A DNA stretch of 64,000 bases, from assembly GCA_903896505.1 (NCBI GenBank), contig CAITXU010000002.1, positions 13,500-77,499 of the forward strand, written 5' to 3'. Below, piece by piece: positions 44,021 to 52,273 of this stretch (positions within the stretch are counted from its first letter, which is position 1; the number at the start of each line of letters is the position of its first letter). The notes below the pieces were generated by a model, which ran no database searches, was not told the origin of the DNA, and saw only the letters and a program-made list of their open reading frames with translations. Source of the DNA: an uncultured Verrucomicrobiota bacterium (lineage in GTDB: Bacteria > Verrucomicrobiota > Verrucomicrobiia > Limisphaerales > UBA9464). Both the position numbers and the translations under genes were made by a program.

Positions 44021-44169
44021 CGTTGTGGACTGGGTGTTCGGGTCTTTTGAACGGGTTGCGTCGGGCAATGCTTTACAAGAAGTCGATGAAATCACCAATA
44101 AAAATGCTGGAATAAGGGAATTTCTCTCCTGGCCTTCCCGACAGCCGACAAATCTCCTACGGTTCAACA

Positions 44170-44949
44170 GTGCTTGAGCGCAAACCGTGGGAAGCCGAGG
44201 CCGTCTTGGCCTTGTTGATGGGTCTGTTCCTCATCTTTGGAATGGGTGGCATACTGGCGTCGGTATTACCCCGGCCGGCAACGATGGGGGCCTCCGTGCC
44301 CGGCAATCCCGGAACCGCTTCCCCTGTTGTTGCTCCACCCAAGCCGGCCTTTTCCTCCTTCGTGCTGGGTACGTTGACGTTTCATGGTGCCATCCTGTTT
44401 TTGGTGCATCGATTTGTCCGAATGCACCACGTCCGTTGGGCCGATGCCTTTGGATGGCGGCGCTCCGGTGTCTCCCGGGCATTGGGTGCCGGGGTAACGG
44501 CGGCCGGGATAGCTGTTCCGGTGGCCTACGGCTTGCAATGGTTGTCCGTTGCGGCGCTCCGCCATTGGGGACGTCGATGGGGGTATGAACCCAGCGCCCA
44601 GGGGTCTGTCGAACTGCTGCTTCATGCCGGTAGTTGGGCCGAGTCCGCCTATATTTTTGTGTTCGCAACCCTGGTGGCTCCCGTGGCGGAGGAGTTGCTG
44701 TTTCGCGGTATCCTTTTCCCGTTTGTCCGGGATTTGGGAAAACCGCGTCTGGCGTTTTGGGGAAGTGCCATCTTGTTTGGAGCCATTCATGGCAATTTGG
44801 CGGCGTTTATCCCGCTGGTTTGTTTCGGAGCCTTGCTTGCCGCGCTCTACCTTCGAACGGGGAATCTCCTGGCGCCGATAGCGGCGCATGCCTTGTTCAA
44901 TTTCGTTCCATTCATCTTGCTGGCCTGTGGTCTCAAATCGGTGGAGTAG
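44170..44949 (+). CDS. CPBP-family intramembrane glutamic endopeptidase (CAAX protease-like)
   Basis: Motifs 'EELLFRG', 'FGAIHG' and 'HALFNF' are present in a multi-TM protein. The start is GTG. Confidence 0.85.
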   Translation: MLERKPWEAEAVLALLMGLFLIFGMGGILASVLPRPATMGASVPGNPGTASPVVAPPKPAFSSFVLGTLTFHGAILFLVHRFVRMHHVRWADAFGWRRSGVSRALGAGVTAAGIAVPVAYGLQWLSVAALRHWGRRWGYEPSAQGSVELLLHAGSWAESAYIFVFATLVAPVAEELLFRGILFPFVRDLGKPRLAFWGSAILFGAIHGNLAAFIPLVCFGALLAALYLRTGNLLAPIAAHALFNFVPFILLACGLKSVE

Positions 44950-45004
44950 GAAACGGAAGGGGAAGGAGTCGCAGCGTCCGTCGTGTTCTGATAGGTTCCG
45001 CGGA

Positions 45005-45943
45005 GTGACAGAATTTGACCTCATCATGGCGATTCGGCCCCTGTTGACGTCCCAGCCTCACGTGGTGGTGGGGCTGGGCGATGATTGCGCGGTTTTGAAG
45101 GCAGGCCCTGACTTCGACCTCCTCTTGAAAACGGATGCGGTGGTCGAAGGCATCCATTTTTTGCCCGAGACGGACCCGGAACGGGTGGGACACAAGGCGC
45201 TGGCGCGTCCTCTCAGTGACATCGCGGCCATGGGGGGGACGCCGACTTCGGCGGTCGTGACTTTGGGGCTGCCTCCGGGCTTTGATCCGGAGCGGGTTCT
45301 TGCCCTGTATCGAGGGATGAACCGATTGGCCGTCCAACACCAAGTGGCGGTGGTCGGAGGCGAGACGACAACAAATCCGGGACAATGGCTGGTGAGTGTA
45401 ACCGTCGTTGGCTCCATACCCCGGGGGCAGGCATTGCTCCGATCGGGAGCCCAGGTGGGAGATGCCATTTTCGTTTCGGGTGAGTTGGGAGGATCCCTCG
45501 CTGGTCATCACCTCGATTTTGAGCCGCGCCTTGCAGAAGGTCGATGGCTCCGATCCTGCGGTTGGGCTCATTCGCTGATGGACATCAGTGATGGATTGGC
45601 TGGCGATTTGCCTCACCTCCTGGCCGCCTCCGGAGGCTTAGGAGCCGAATTGCTGGGGTCGGCCATTCCAGTCAGTCGTGTTGCGCGCGTACGGGCGCTG
45701 GAGCCAAAGGCGAAACCGGCACTCTTGGCGGCGCTGACGGACGGCGAGGATTTTGAGCTGCTCTGGACTTGCGCCCCGAAGGATGCGGTCCGACTGCTGG
45801 ATGGATGGAAATCCGCCTTTCCGACGGTGCCCATTCATTGCATCGGTCGCGTGACCGAACAACCGGGCGTCCGGATTCGGGACAGTCGGGGAATTCAACA
45901 GCTTCCTGCGCGAGGCTATGAGCACTTTTCCGCGCATGTCTGA
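45005..45943 (+). CDS. thiL: Thiamine-monophosphate kinase
   Basis: The N-terminus 'VTEFDLI' (GTG at 45005), 'GLGDDCAVL' and 'VVGGETT' are present, with an AIR-synthase-like fold pattern. Confidence 0.85.
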   Translation: MTEFDLIMAIRPLLTSQPHVVVGLGDDCAVLKAGPDFDLLLKTDAVVEGIHFLPETDPERVGHKALARPLSDIAAMGGTPTSAVVTLGLPPGFDPERVLALYRGMNRLAVQHQVAVVGGETTTNPGQWLVSVTVVGSIPRGQALLRSGAQVGDAIFVSGELGGSLAGHHLDFEPRLAEGRWLRSCGWAHSLMDISDGLAGDLPHLLAASGGLGAELLGSAIPVSRVARVRALEPKAKPALLAALTDGEDFELLWTCAPKDAVRLLDGWKSAFPTVPIHCIGRVTEQPGVRIRDSRGIQQLPARGYEHFSAHV

Positions 45944-46403
45944 TTCTCTTCCAGCAAAGTCCGTCCGCCAGACTTCGTCGACCGCGGCGACCGAAACCGA
46001 GGGCGAAGCCTATGGCCGGAACGCGAGAGCGGGGCAGGTCATAGGATTAAGCGGGGAACTGGGTGCCGGAAAAACCGCCTGGGTACGGGGGTTTGCCCGG
46101 GGAATCGAGTACCGGGGAAGGGTTCAATCCCCTTCCTTTGGTCTGATCCATGAATACCTGGGCGGGCGTTTGCCGATGTATCACCTGGACCTCTACCGGC
46201 TCGGATCACCCTTGGAGGTCATTTCTGCTGGGCTTGAAGTCTATCTGGAACAACCGGACGGCGTGACGATCGTGGAATGGCCGGAACGTTGGTGGCCCGG
46301 ATTTTCGACCGAGGCATCGTCCCGTCCGGGATGGTCCCGGGTCTGGCTACGCAATCGGGGTGAAAACATCCGGGAAATCGCATATGAACTGCCTGGCGCT
46401 TGA
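45936..46403 (+). CDS. tsaE: tRNA t6A37 biosynthesis ATPase TsaE
   Basis: 'GLSGELGAGKTAWVRG' and 'MYHLDLYRL' are present. The start is either 45918 or 45936; the latter overlaps the thiL stop. Confidence 0.85.
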   Translation: MSDSLPAKSVRQTSSTAATETEGEAYGRNARAGQVIGLSGELGAGKTAWVRGFARGIEYRGRVQSPSFGLIHEYLGGRLPMYHLDLYRLGSPLEVISAGLEVYLEQPDGVTIVEWPERWWPGFSTEASSRPGWSRVWLRNRGENIREIAYELPGA

Positions 46404-47061
46404 GTTTGCCTACGATTATCGAAGTGTGGCTCTGCGCTATCGAGGCGAGGTATTTGAGGTGGTCCAAAATGGAGGCAGACATACCCCGGCGGTGGGATTG
46501 ATTCATCAGGTGCTTCAACTGGCTGGAGCTCGCTCTCGAGAGATTGACCGTTTGGTGGTTGGCTTGGGTCCCGGGAGTTACACAGGTGTCAGGCTAGCCA
46601 TTTCGGTGGCTCAAGGATGGCAGCTGGCGACCGGAGTCGAGAGTGTGGGTTGGTCCAGCTTTGAGGGCTTGGCCCGAACAGCCTCCCGATTCGGCCTGAC
46701 CCATGCGACATTGGCGGTGGACGCTCAACGGAATGAAATGGCGGTGGCCCGGGTGGACTGGTCATCCGACGGAAGTCATCGAGTTGAGGAAATTGAGTTG
46801 GCCACTTGGGACGTGGTCCGACAGCGGGCTGCGGCGGGAGAGGTGATTTTAGGGCCCGGCCTTCCGGGATCGTTGGGGGTAGGGCGCGAACTGCGGCCTT
46901 CCGCGACAGACTTGCTGGCCAGCCTTCCGGACAATCCTGTGATCACGCCTGGAGAGGCATTGGCGCCCATCTATTTGCGCGTGGCGCAATTTGTGAAGGC
47001 ACCTCCAATCCGGAATTGGTCGGGCTCCGATGCCGCCCCTCCGTCCGTGGCCTTGATCTGA
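46384..47061 (+). CDS. tsaB: tRNA t6A37 biosynthesis protein TsaB
   Basis: 'MNCLALEFAYDYRSVAL' and 'GLGPGSYTGVRLAISVAQG' are present. Confidence 0.85.
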   Translation: MNCLALEFAYDYRSVALRYRGEVFEVVQNGGRHTPAVGLIHQVLQLAGARSREIDRLVVGLGPGSYTGVRLAISVAQGWQLATGVESVGWSSFEGLARTASRFGLTHATLAVDAQRNEMAVARVDWSSDGSHRVEEIELATWDVVRQRAAAGEVILGPGLPGSLGVGRELRPSATDLLASLPDNPVITPGEALAPIYLRVAQFVKAPPIRNWSGSDAAPPSVALI

Positions 47062-47063
47062 CC

Positions 47064-47459
47064 ATGCCCATTTTTTACGAATGCGACCGTTGCACCGCCT
47101 GCTGTCGCTGGCCGGGCGAGGTCCGATTGACGGATGCAGAAGTGTCTACCATGGCCGCATTCCTCGGGATCACGGAGGCGGCGTTTATCGAGAAATTCAC
47201 CCGACTCAATCGCCAGCGAATTGGTTTGACCGTCGCCGAACAACCGGGTGGGGCCTGCGTTTTTCTGGATGGTGAAAACTGCCGGGTTCAACCTGTAAAG
47301 CCGCAGCAGTGTCGGGACTTTCCAAATCTTTGGAATTTCCCGGGCTTCGAAAAACTCTGTCGCGCGAGACCCATCGAACTCGGCGTTTCGGAGTGGCGAA
47401 ACCGAATTTTGAATGCGACTGGACGGCATCCGCCACCGGGTTCATTTGCAGAGACGTAA
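47064..47459 (+). CDS. YkgJ-family cysteine-cluster (zinc/iron-chelating) protein
   Basis: 'CDRCTACCRWPG' is followed later by 'CVFLDGENCRVQPVKPQQCRDFP'. I chose the ATG at 47064. Confidence 0.75.
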   Translation: MPIFYECDRCTACCRWPGEVRLTDAEVSTMAAFLGITEAAFIEKFTRLNRQRIGLTVAEQPGGACVFLDGENCRVQPVKPQQCRDFPNLWNFPGFEKLCRARPIELGVSEWRNRILNATGRHPPPGSFAET

Positions 47460-47504
47460 ACCGACCGACAAGCAATTGTAACCTGCGAGCTGCAAAATCT
47501 TGGG

Positions 47505-48182
47505 GTGTTCATCTCTGCGGTTCTGAGTCTACCGACCTTCGTCAGGCAAGGCGTTGTTTTCCAGTGGGTTGCCTTGTTGGCTTCGTTCGGCACCCTGACG
47601 GTGGAAGCCCAAGGTGATCTTACTTCCCCAGTCGCAGTGACCAACGGTCTTTCTGCCCGGTTTGTTCTCCGGCCCCAGCTCCCGCCCCCTCCCGATGGCG
47701 TCTCCGATTTCTCGCTGACCGAACTCTTGGTGGCTTCGAACAACGGTTCGGGGGTGGACTACTCGCCCCGGGCGCGTCAATTGGACGGCAAACTTGTTCG
47801 GGTCAATGGATACATGGTCCGGCAGGCCTCCCCCATTCCCTGGGCGATTCTCCTTTCCCCGGTGCCGCAGTCGGCCCACGAGCGCGAGTACTTTCTCTGC
47901 GACGATCTTCCGATATCCACCATCCACGTTTTCCTGCCTAAGAGCGCCCAGCCATTGGTTCCGTTTCACCCGGAAATGGTGGCCATCATTGGCCGTTTGG
48001 AGCTGGGTGGGCGTACTGAAGCGGACGAAAGAACCTCGATGGCCAGGGTCTTTGTCAAACCTGGTCAGGTGGATGCGATGGTCTCAGTGACCAATCTGGT
48101 CCGCACTCCGATTCCCGTTGAGGGAGCCTCCCTTTTGGTTGGAACCAATCCGGTGCCAGCCGCCTCTTTGCCGAAACCGTAG
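47505..48182 (+). CDS. Hypothetical secreted protein (DUF3299-like?)
   Basis: A signal-like N-terminus (VALLASFGTLTVEAQG) and 'LDGKLVRVNGYMV' are present. The family assignment is from memory only. The start is GTG and uncertain. Confidence 0.5.
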   Translation: MFISAVLSLPTFVRQGVVFQWVALLASFGTLTVEAQGDLTSPVAVTNGLSARFVLRPQLPPPPDGVSDFSLTELLVASNNGSGVDYSPRARQLDGKLVRVNGYMVRQASPIPWAILLSPVPQSAHEREYFLCDDLPISTIHVFLPKSAQPLVPFHPEMVAIIGRLELGGRTEADERTSMARVFVKPGQVDAMVSVTNLVRTPIPVEGASLLVGTNPVPAASLPKP

Positions 48183-48220
48183 CATTAAACCCCAACACAA
48201 ATCACATCCCGCAGACTGAT

Positions 48221-50305
48221 ATGAATCGCAACGTCAACTCGCTTCTGGCAATGGCTCTCGGCCTCGCCACTGTTTCGACCGTGGTCGCTCGTCCGCCGAC
48301 GCCCGCACCGACGGTCACCCGCCTCACTCCTCCGAGCCAGTTGTTCTCCTTGGGAGACCCCAATCTTCCCGTGGTGGCCCGGTTCCTCCCCGGTCAACGT
48401 TTCGACCTTCAGGCCACCGTCAAGGCCGGTGGTTCTGCGGTCATCACCAATGCCTGGTTCTCGGTCGACGGCAGCCCGGTGGTGAGCACCAACCCGGTGA
48501 CCTTGCTTACCCCAACCGCGAGCGGTTTCACCGCTGGCTCCAAGATTGCAACCCTCCGCGCCTACTCCAATATTACCCCGGGTGTTCATACCCTGACTGT
48601 TACCGCTCAACAGAATGATGGCAGCTCGGTTTCTGCCACGGGCAACTTCGAAGTCGTCGGAATCACCGCTTCCGGACGCAAAGCCAAGAACATCATTGTC
48701 TGCCTCGGTGACGGCATGGGCATCGCCCATCGCACTGCCGCCCGGTTGGTGGCCAAGGGCTCGAATCTCGGTAAGTCCAACGGTAAGCTGAACATGGACA
48801 CCATGCCGTTCACTGGTTTGGTTGAGACCGCCTCTTTGAACTCGATTGTGACCGATTCCGCTCCTGGAATGGCCTGCTACTCCAGCGGCAATAAGGCTCA
48901 AAACAGCCAGGAAGGTGTGTTTCCAGACGACACCACCGACGCCTTTGATAATCCCCGTGTGGAATACGCCGGTGAATATCTCCATCGCACCCAGGGTGCC
49001 TCTATCGGCATCGTGACCACTGCAGACGTGTTCGACGCCACTCCCGCTGCCTGCGCGATTCATACCTCCAACCGCGGACTCGGCACCGGTATTATTGATC
49101 AGTACATCGATGAGGCCGTTCCCAACGGTTTGACCGTCCTGTTGGGCGGCGGACGCAAATGGTTCCTGCCCGCCAACACCAACAGCGTGAAGCAGGCCAC
49201 TTCGGTCCGTGCGTCCAGTTCTGACTACACCCTTCCGGCTGAATTGTACACCGCTTGGAATGTGGCTCCGGGTGTCAAGGGCGATATTAATCGCGACGTC
49301 ATCGCCGACTTCGTCTCGGCTGGTTTCACCTACGCTCCCGACAATACCACCCTGGCGGCCATCCCCGCCAACACCACCAAACTCCTCGGTATCTTCTCGT
49401 TCTCCAACATGAACGTGGCCAAGGACAAGCTCGACGGTCCGAATCGTCGTAACGTCAACGGCCCCAATGGCGTCCCCGTTGTGAATGACTACCTGCTGCC
49501 GGACCAGCCGATGCTGGACGACATGACCGGCAAGGCGCTCCAAGTCCTCAGCAAGAACCAAAACGGTTTCTTCCTCATGGTCGAAGGCGCCAGCATCGAC
49601 AAGCAGGCTCACTTGATGGACTCCGACCGCTGGATCCTCGAAGCCATCGAATTCGACAAGGCTGTCGGACGGGCCCTCGACTTCGCCAAGACCAACATCG
49701 ATACCTTGGTCATCGTGACCGCCGACCACGAATGCGGTGGTATCAACATCATTGGTGCTTCCACCAAGACCAAGTCCCAACGGGATGCCCTTTTGGCGAG
49801 CAACAGCACAGCAACCCAGGTGGTGACCAACCTGATCGGCAATAACAACACGGTGCAATTGTTCACCAACAACGTTGGTACGGCTCTGCGCGACAAGGTC
49901 GTTGGAACCTACGACAGCGCCGGTTTCCCGGTCTATCCCAAGTCGGTGACCGACGGTTATCCGGTGACCATGGACGTGGACCAGAAGATCATCATTGGTT
50001 ACGCCGGTGGTGCCGACCGGTTCGAGAACTTCACCACCGCTCCGACCCCGCTTCAGGACAGCCAGCAGCCGCTCGTGTCCGTGGCTCCCCTCAATACCTA
50101 TCCCGCCTCCGCCGCCTTCCGTGGTACGGCGAACGGTTATTTTATCAGCGGTGCTGTTCCTCCAGACCAAGCCGTCCACACCGCTTCTGATATCCCCGTC
50201 TCTGCTTACGGACGCGGCGCCGCCGCCTACACCGGCGTGATGGATAACACCGACGTGTTCTTCAAGGCCATGCAAGCCGTTCTCGGTGGTGCGACTCGCC
50301 CCTAA
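48221..50305 (+). CDS. Alkaline phosphatase family protein with ~130-aa N-terminal extra domain
   Basis: A signal peptide is followed by the metal site 'VCLGDGMGIAHRTAARL'. The active-site Ser is in 'DSAPGMACYSSGNKA', and the later 'VTADHECGG' is present. Confidence 0.85.
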   Translation: MNRNVNSLLAMALGLATVSTVVARPPTPAPTVTRLTPPSQLFSLGDPNLPVVARFLPGQRFDLQATVKAGGSAVITNAWFSVDGSPVVSTNPVTLLTPTASGFTAGSKIATLRAYSNITPGVHTLTVTAQQNDGSSVSATGNFEVVGITASGRKAKNIIVCLGDGMGIAHRTAARLVAKGSNLGKSNGKLNMDTMPFTGLVETASLNSIVTDSAPGMACYSSGNKAQNSQEGVFPDDTTDAFDNPRVEYAGEYLHRTQGASIGIVTTADVFDATPAACAIHTSNRGLGTGIIDQYIDEAVPNGLTVLLGGGRKWFLPANTNSVKQATSVRASSSDYTLPAELYTAWNVAPGVKGDINRDVIADFVSAGFTYAPDNTTLAAIPANTTKLLGIFSFSNMNVAKDKLDGPNRRNVNGPNGVPVVNDYLLPDQPMLDDMTGKALQVLSKNQNGFFLMVEGASIDKQAHLMDSDRWILEAIEFDKAVGRALDFAKTNIDTLVIVTADHECGGINIIGASTKTKSQRDALLASNSTATQVVTNLIGNNNTVQLFTNNVGTALRDKVVGTYDSAGFPVYPKSVTDGYPVTMDVDQKIIIGYAGGADRFENFTTAPTPLQDSQQPLVSVAPLNTYPASAAFRGTANGYFISGAVPPDQAVHTASDIPVSAYGRGAAAYTGVMDNTDVFFKAMQAVLGGATRP

Positions 50306-50329
50306 CGACTGGTGCCCCATCCATCAACT

Positions 50330-50956
50330 ATGAAGACACAACTCCTCGCCGCCGCAGCGGCTCTGGCCCTGATGGGCGCGGCATCCGCCGCCACCGGGAC
50401 GCTCGATTTCGGGACGCTCTCGGCAGGTACGGACGCCAACACTCTGGCTCCGTCCGGAACAATGCTGGCTTACGCCAACCTCGTGCAGGACACAGATATC
50501 AACGGCGACCCCATTCCTGGAGCTTTCTCCTGGAAGGTGGATTCGTCGGCCGGAACCACTCTGGTTCAGGACCCCTCGGTTCGCGGTCACGGAACCGGTC
50601 CCATCGCTCTGGATGCGGTGGACCAGCCGATTCTGTTGATCTTCCCCACCACCGGTGACCTCGTTTCCTTCTCCGGTGTCCTCGATCACGGGCCCCTGTC
50701 GGGCGGACTTCCTTCGCAGAACCTCGTGTTCGCGGACTACCATGGTAAGCCGGTCGGTTCCCTGGCGCTGGACTACACCCAACCCGGGCTCAGCTTTAGC
50801 ACGGGTCCCATCTCGGGAGTTCGCGAAGTGATCCTTCCTTCGGGCCGTTACATCGAAAAAATCAGCTTTGTTGCCGCTCCAGAGGTTAACGGCCAGGCGA
50901 TGATCGGTGCGCTGGCATTGGCCGGGGCCGTGGTGTTGCGTCGCTGGAAGCGCTAA
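50330..50956 (+). CDS. PEP-CTERM-type sorting-signal protein (secreted, function unknown)
   Basis: The signal peptide is MKTQLLAAAAALALMGAASA. The C-terminal 'APEVNGQAMIGALALAGAVVLRRWKR' has the P-E motif, TM helix and basic tail. Confidence 0.6.
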   Translation: MKTQLLAAAAALALMGAASAATGTLDFGTLSAGTDANTLAPSGTMLAYANLVQDTDINGDPIPGAFSWKVDSSAGTTLVQDPSVRGHGTGPIALDAVDQPILLIFPTTGDLVSFSGVLDHGPLSGGLPSQNLVFADYHGKPVGSLALDYTQPGLSFSTGPISGVREVILPSGRYIEKISFVAAPEVNGQAMIGALALAGAVVLRRWKR

Positions 50957-50981
50957 AGACCTGTTTGGTCTGAAAATCAAA

Positions 50982-51013
50982 GGCGGTGGTCCTTCGACCA
51001 CCGCCTTTTTGCT
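50982..51013. terminator. Bidirectional Rho-independent terminator
   Basis: A perfect 10-bp stem pairs GGCGGTGGTC (50982-50991) with GACCACCGCC (50996-51005), with loop CTTC. TTTTT follows on the plus strand, and the minus-strand flank is also T-rich. It lies between convergent genes. Confidence 0.8.
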
Positions 51014-51082
51014 CTTTGAAGCCGTTTTGGGCCGACCCCTCGGACCCGCCTAAAAACCACCCGGCACGTTCAGTGACCCGCC

Positions 51083-51277
51083 TCAACCGGCAGTTGCCGG
51101 AACGGCCGCGGCTGCCGCGGCTGCCTGATCAACCTTTCCACCCAAAATCTTAAACATGACGGCACCACAGGTGGGACACTTGCCCTTCACGGCCTTGCGA
51201 CCATTTTTCATGGTTTCTTCGACCCCGTCAGCAATCGGCTTCTTCGCCTTGCATTTGACACAATAACCCTCGGCCAT
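51083..51277 (-). CDS. Small zinc-ribbon protein (DUF5679-like)
   Basis: 'YCVKCKAKKPI...GKCPTCGAVMFKILG' gives two CxxC pairs. Ala-rich tail. Confidence 0.6.
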   Translation of the reverse strand: MAEGYCVKCKAKKPIADGVEETMKNGRKAVKGKCPTCGAVMFKILGGKVDQAAAAAAAVPATAG

Positions 51278-51384
51278 AACAAATAATGTCCTATGATGGG
51301 GTGTTCATTCCCTTCCTCGGACGACGGGGAAGATGCTGTCCCAAGAGCAGAGTGTCAATGAACCGCCATCCTGGCACCGTCCAC

Positions 51385-52101
51385 CTAATGGGCTAAGTTC
51401 CACTCTGGCAACGAGTAACGGGAGGACGCCCAGTGCTTCATCGCTTCCTCGGGCGGGCTGGGGTGGGGACTATCCGCTTCCCATTCGCCCAGGATTGCGG
51501 TTCGGATTGCGTCGGGTGGAATTCCAAGATTGGCAATAAAATCCAAGTGCCGTCGACTCGCCCTGTAATCGGGTTCGGACGAGGGGTGGGCCAGCCATTT
51601 GTCGATTCCGGTCAGGTCAGCCCCCCAAAGGATCGTCCCGTGGAACAGTAGGGCATTCCTTTGCCGTCGTTGGGCGTTTCCGGAAAACTTCAGCTCGATG
51701 CCCCCTCGGTCAATGGCAAGGTCGGTGTGGCCTCGAACAACAACGCCCTGAATGCCGGCCCGGGCCATCGCCGATGCCTGTCGGGACATGATCCATTGAT
51801 TGGTGGTTGAAAGCGCGGTCAAAGGGCCGGACTCTGGAATACGAAGCGCCAGACCATAGTTGAGGCAGCCCGGACCCTGGAGGACCGCCCCACCGCCACT
51901 GCATCGGCGGTAGATGGGAATGCCGTCGAGGTCGCAGGCTGCGCGGTGGACTTCACGTTCAACGCGCTGGCCCCGTCCAATCACCACAAATGGAGCAGTG
52001 GATTCCCAAAACCATAAGGTTTCGGGTCCGCCGCCGGCGACATCCTCCAAAAAGGCGTCGTCCCACCCGAGGAACTCCGCACCCGAAGTTCCCGATGCCA
52101 T
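51385..52101 (-). CDS. Lipoate/biotin protein ligase (BPL/LPL catalytic domain) family protein
   Basis: 'LWFWESTAPFVVIGRGQRVEREV', 'RRCSGGGAVLQGPG' and 'KFSGNAQRR' follow the LplA/LipM-like catalytic pattern. I chose the ATG at 52101. Confidence 0.7.
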   Translation of the reverse strand: MASGTSGAEFLGWDDAFLEDVAGGGPETLWFWESTAPFVVIGRGQRVEREVHRAACDLDGIPIYRRCSGGGAVLQGPGCLNYGLALRIPESGPLTALSTTNQWIMSRQASAMARAGIQGVVVRGHTDLAIDRGGIELKFSGNAQRRQRNALLFHGTILWGADLTGIDKWLAHPSSEPDYRASRRHLDFIANLGIPPDAIRTAILGEWEADSPHPSPPEEAMKHWASSRYSLPEWNLAH

Positions 52102-52273
52102 GAAATGAACCACAGGACGGAAGATGCCTGTGGTTCGGGCTGGTTCCAAGCTGTTGCAGGGGCCTTCCTTACCAGAAAATGGTATCGGAATCCCTTTTGC
52201 AAGGGTGGTTAGCCTGCTTTGGTATCAAACGGGCTTGGCACACGGGGCAAATCGGTTAATTTTAGACCTTGTC

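Noticed and set aside
48185-50320. A 711-aa ORF antisense to the alkaline phosphatase gene.
   Set aside because: It is a shadow ORF. Its product is a G/V/R-rich string with no motifs, whereas the plus strand carries a signal peptide and catalytic motifs.
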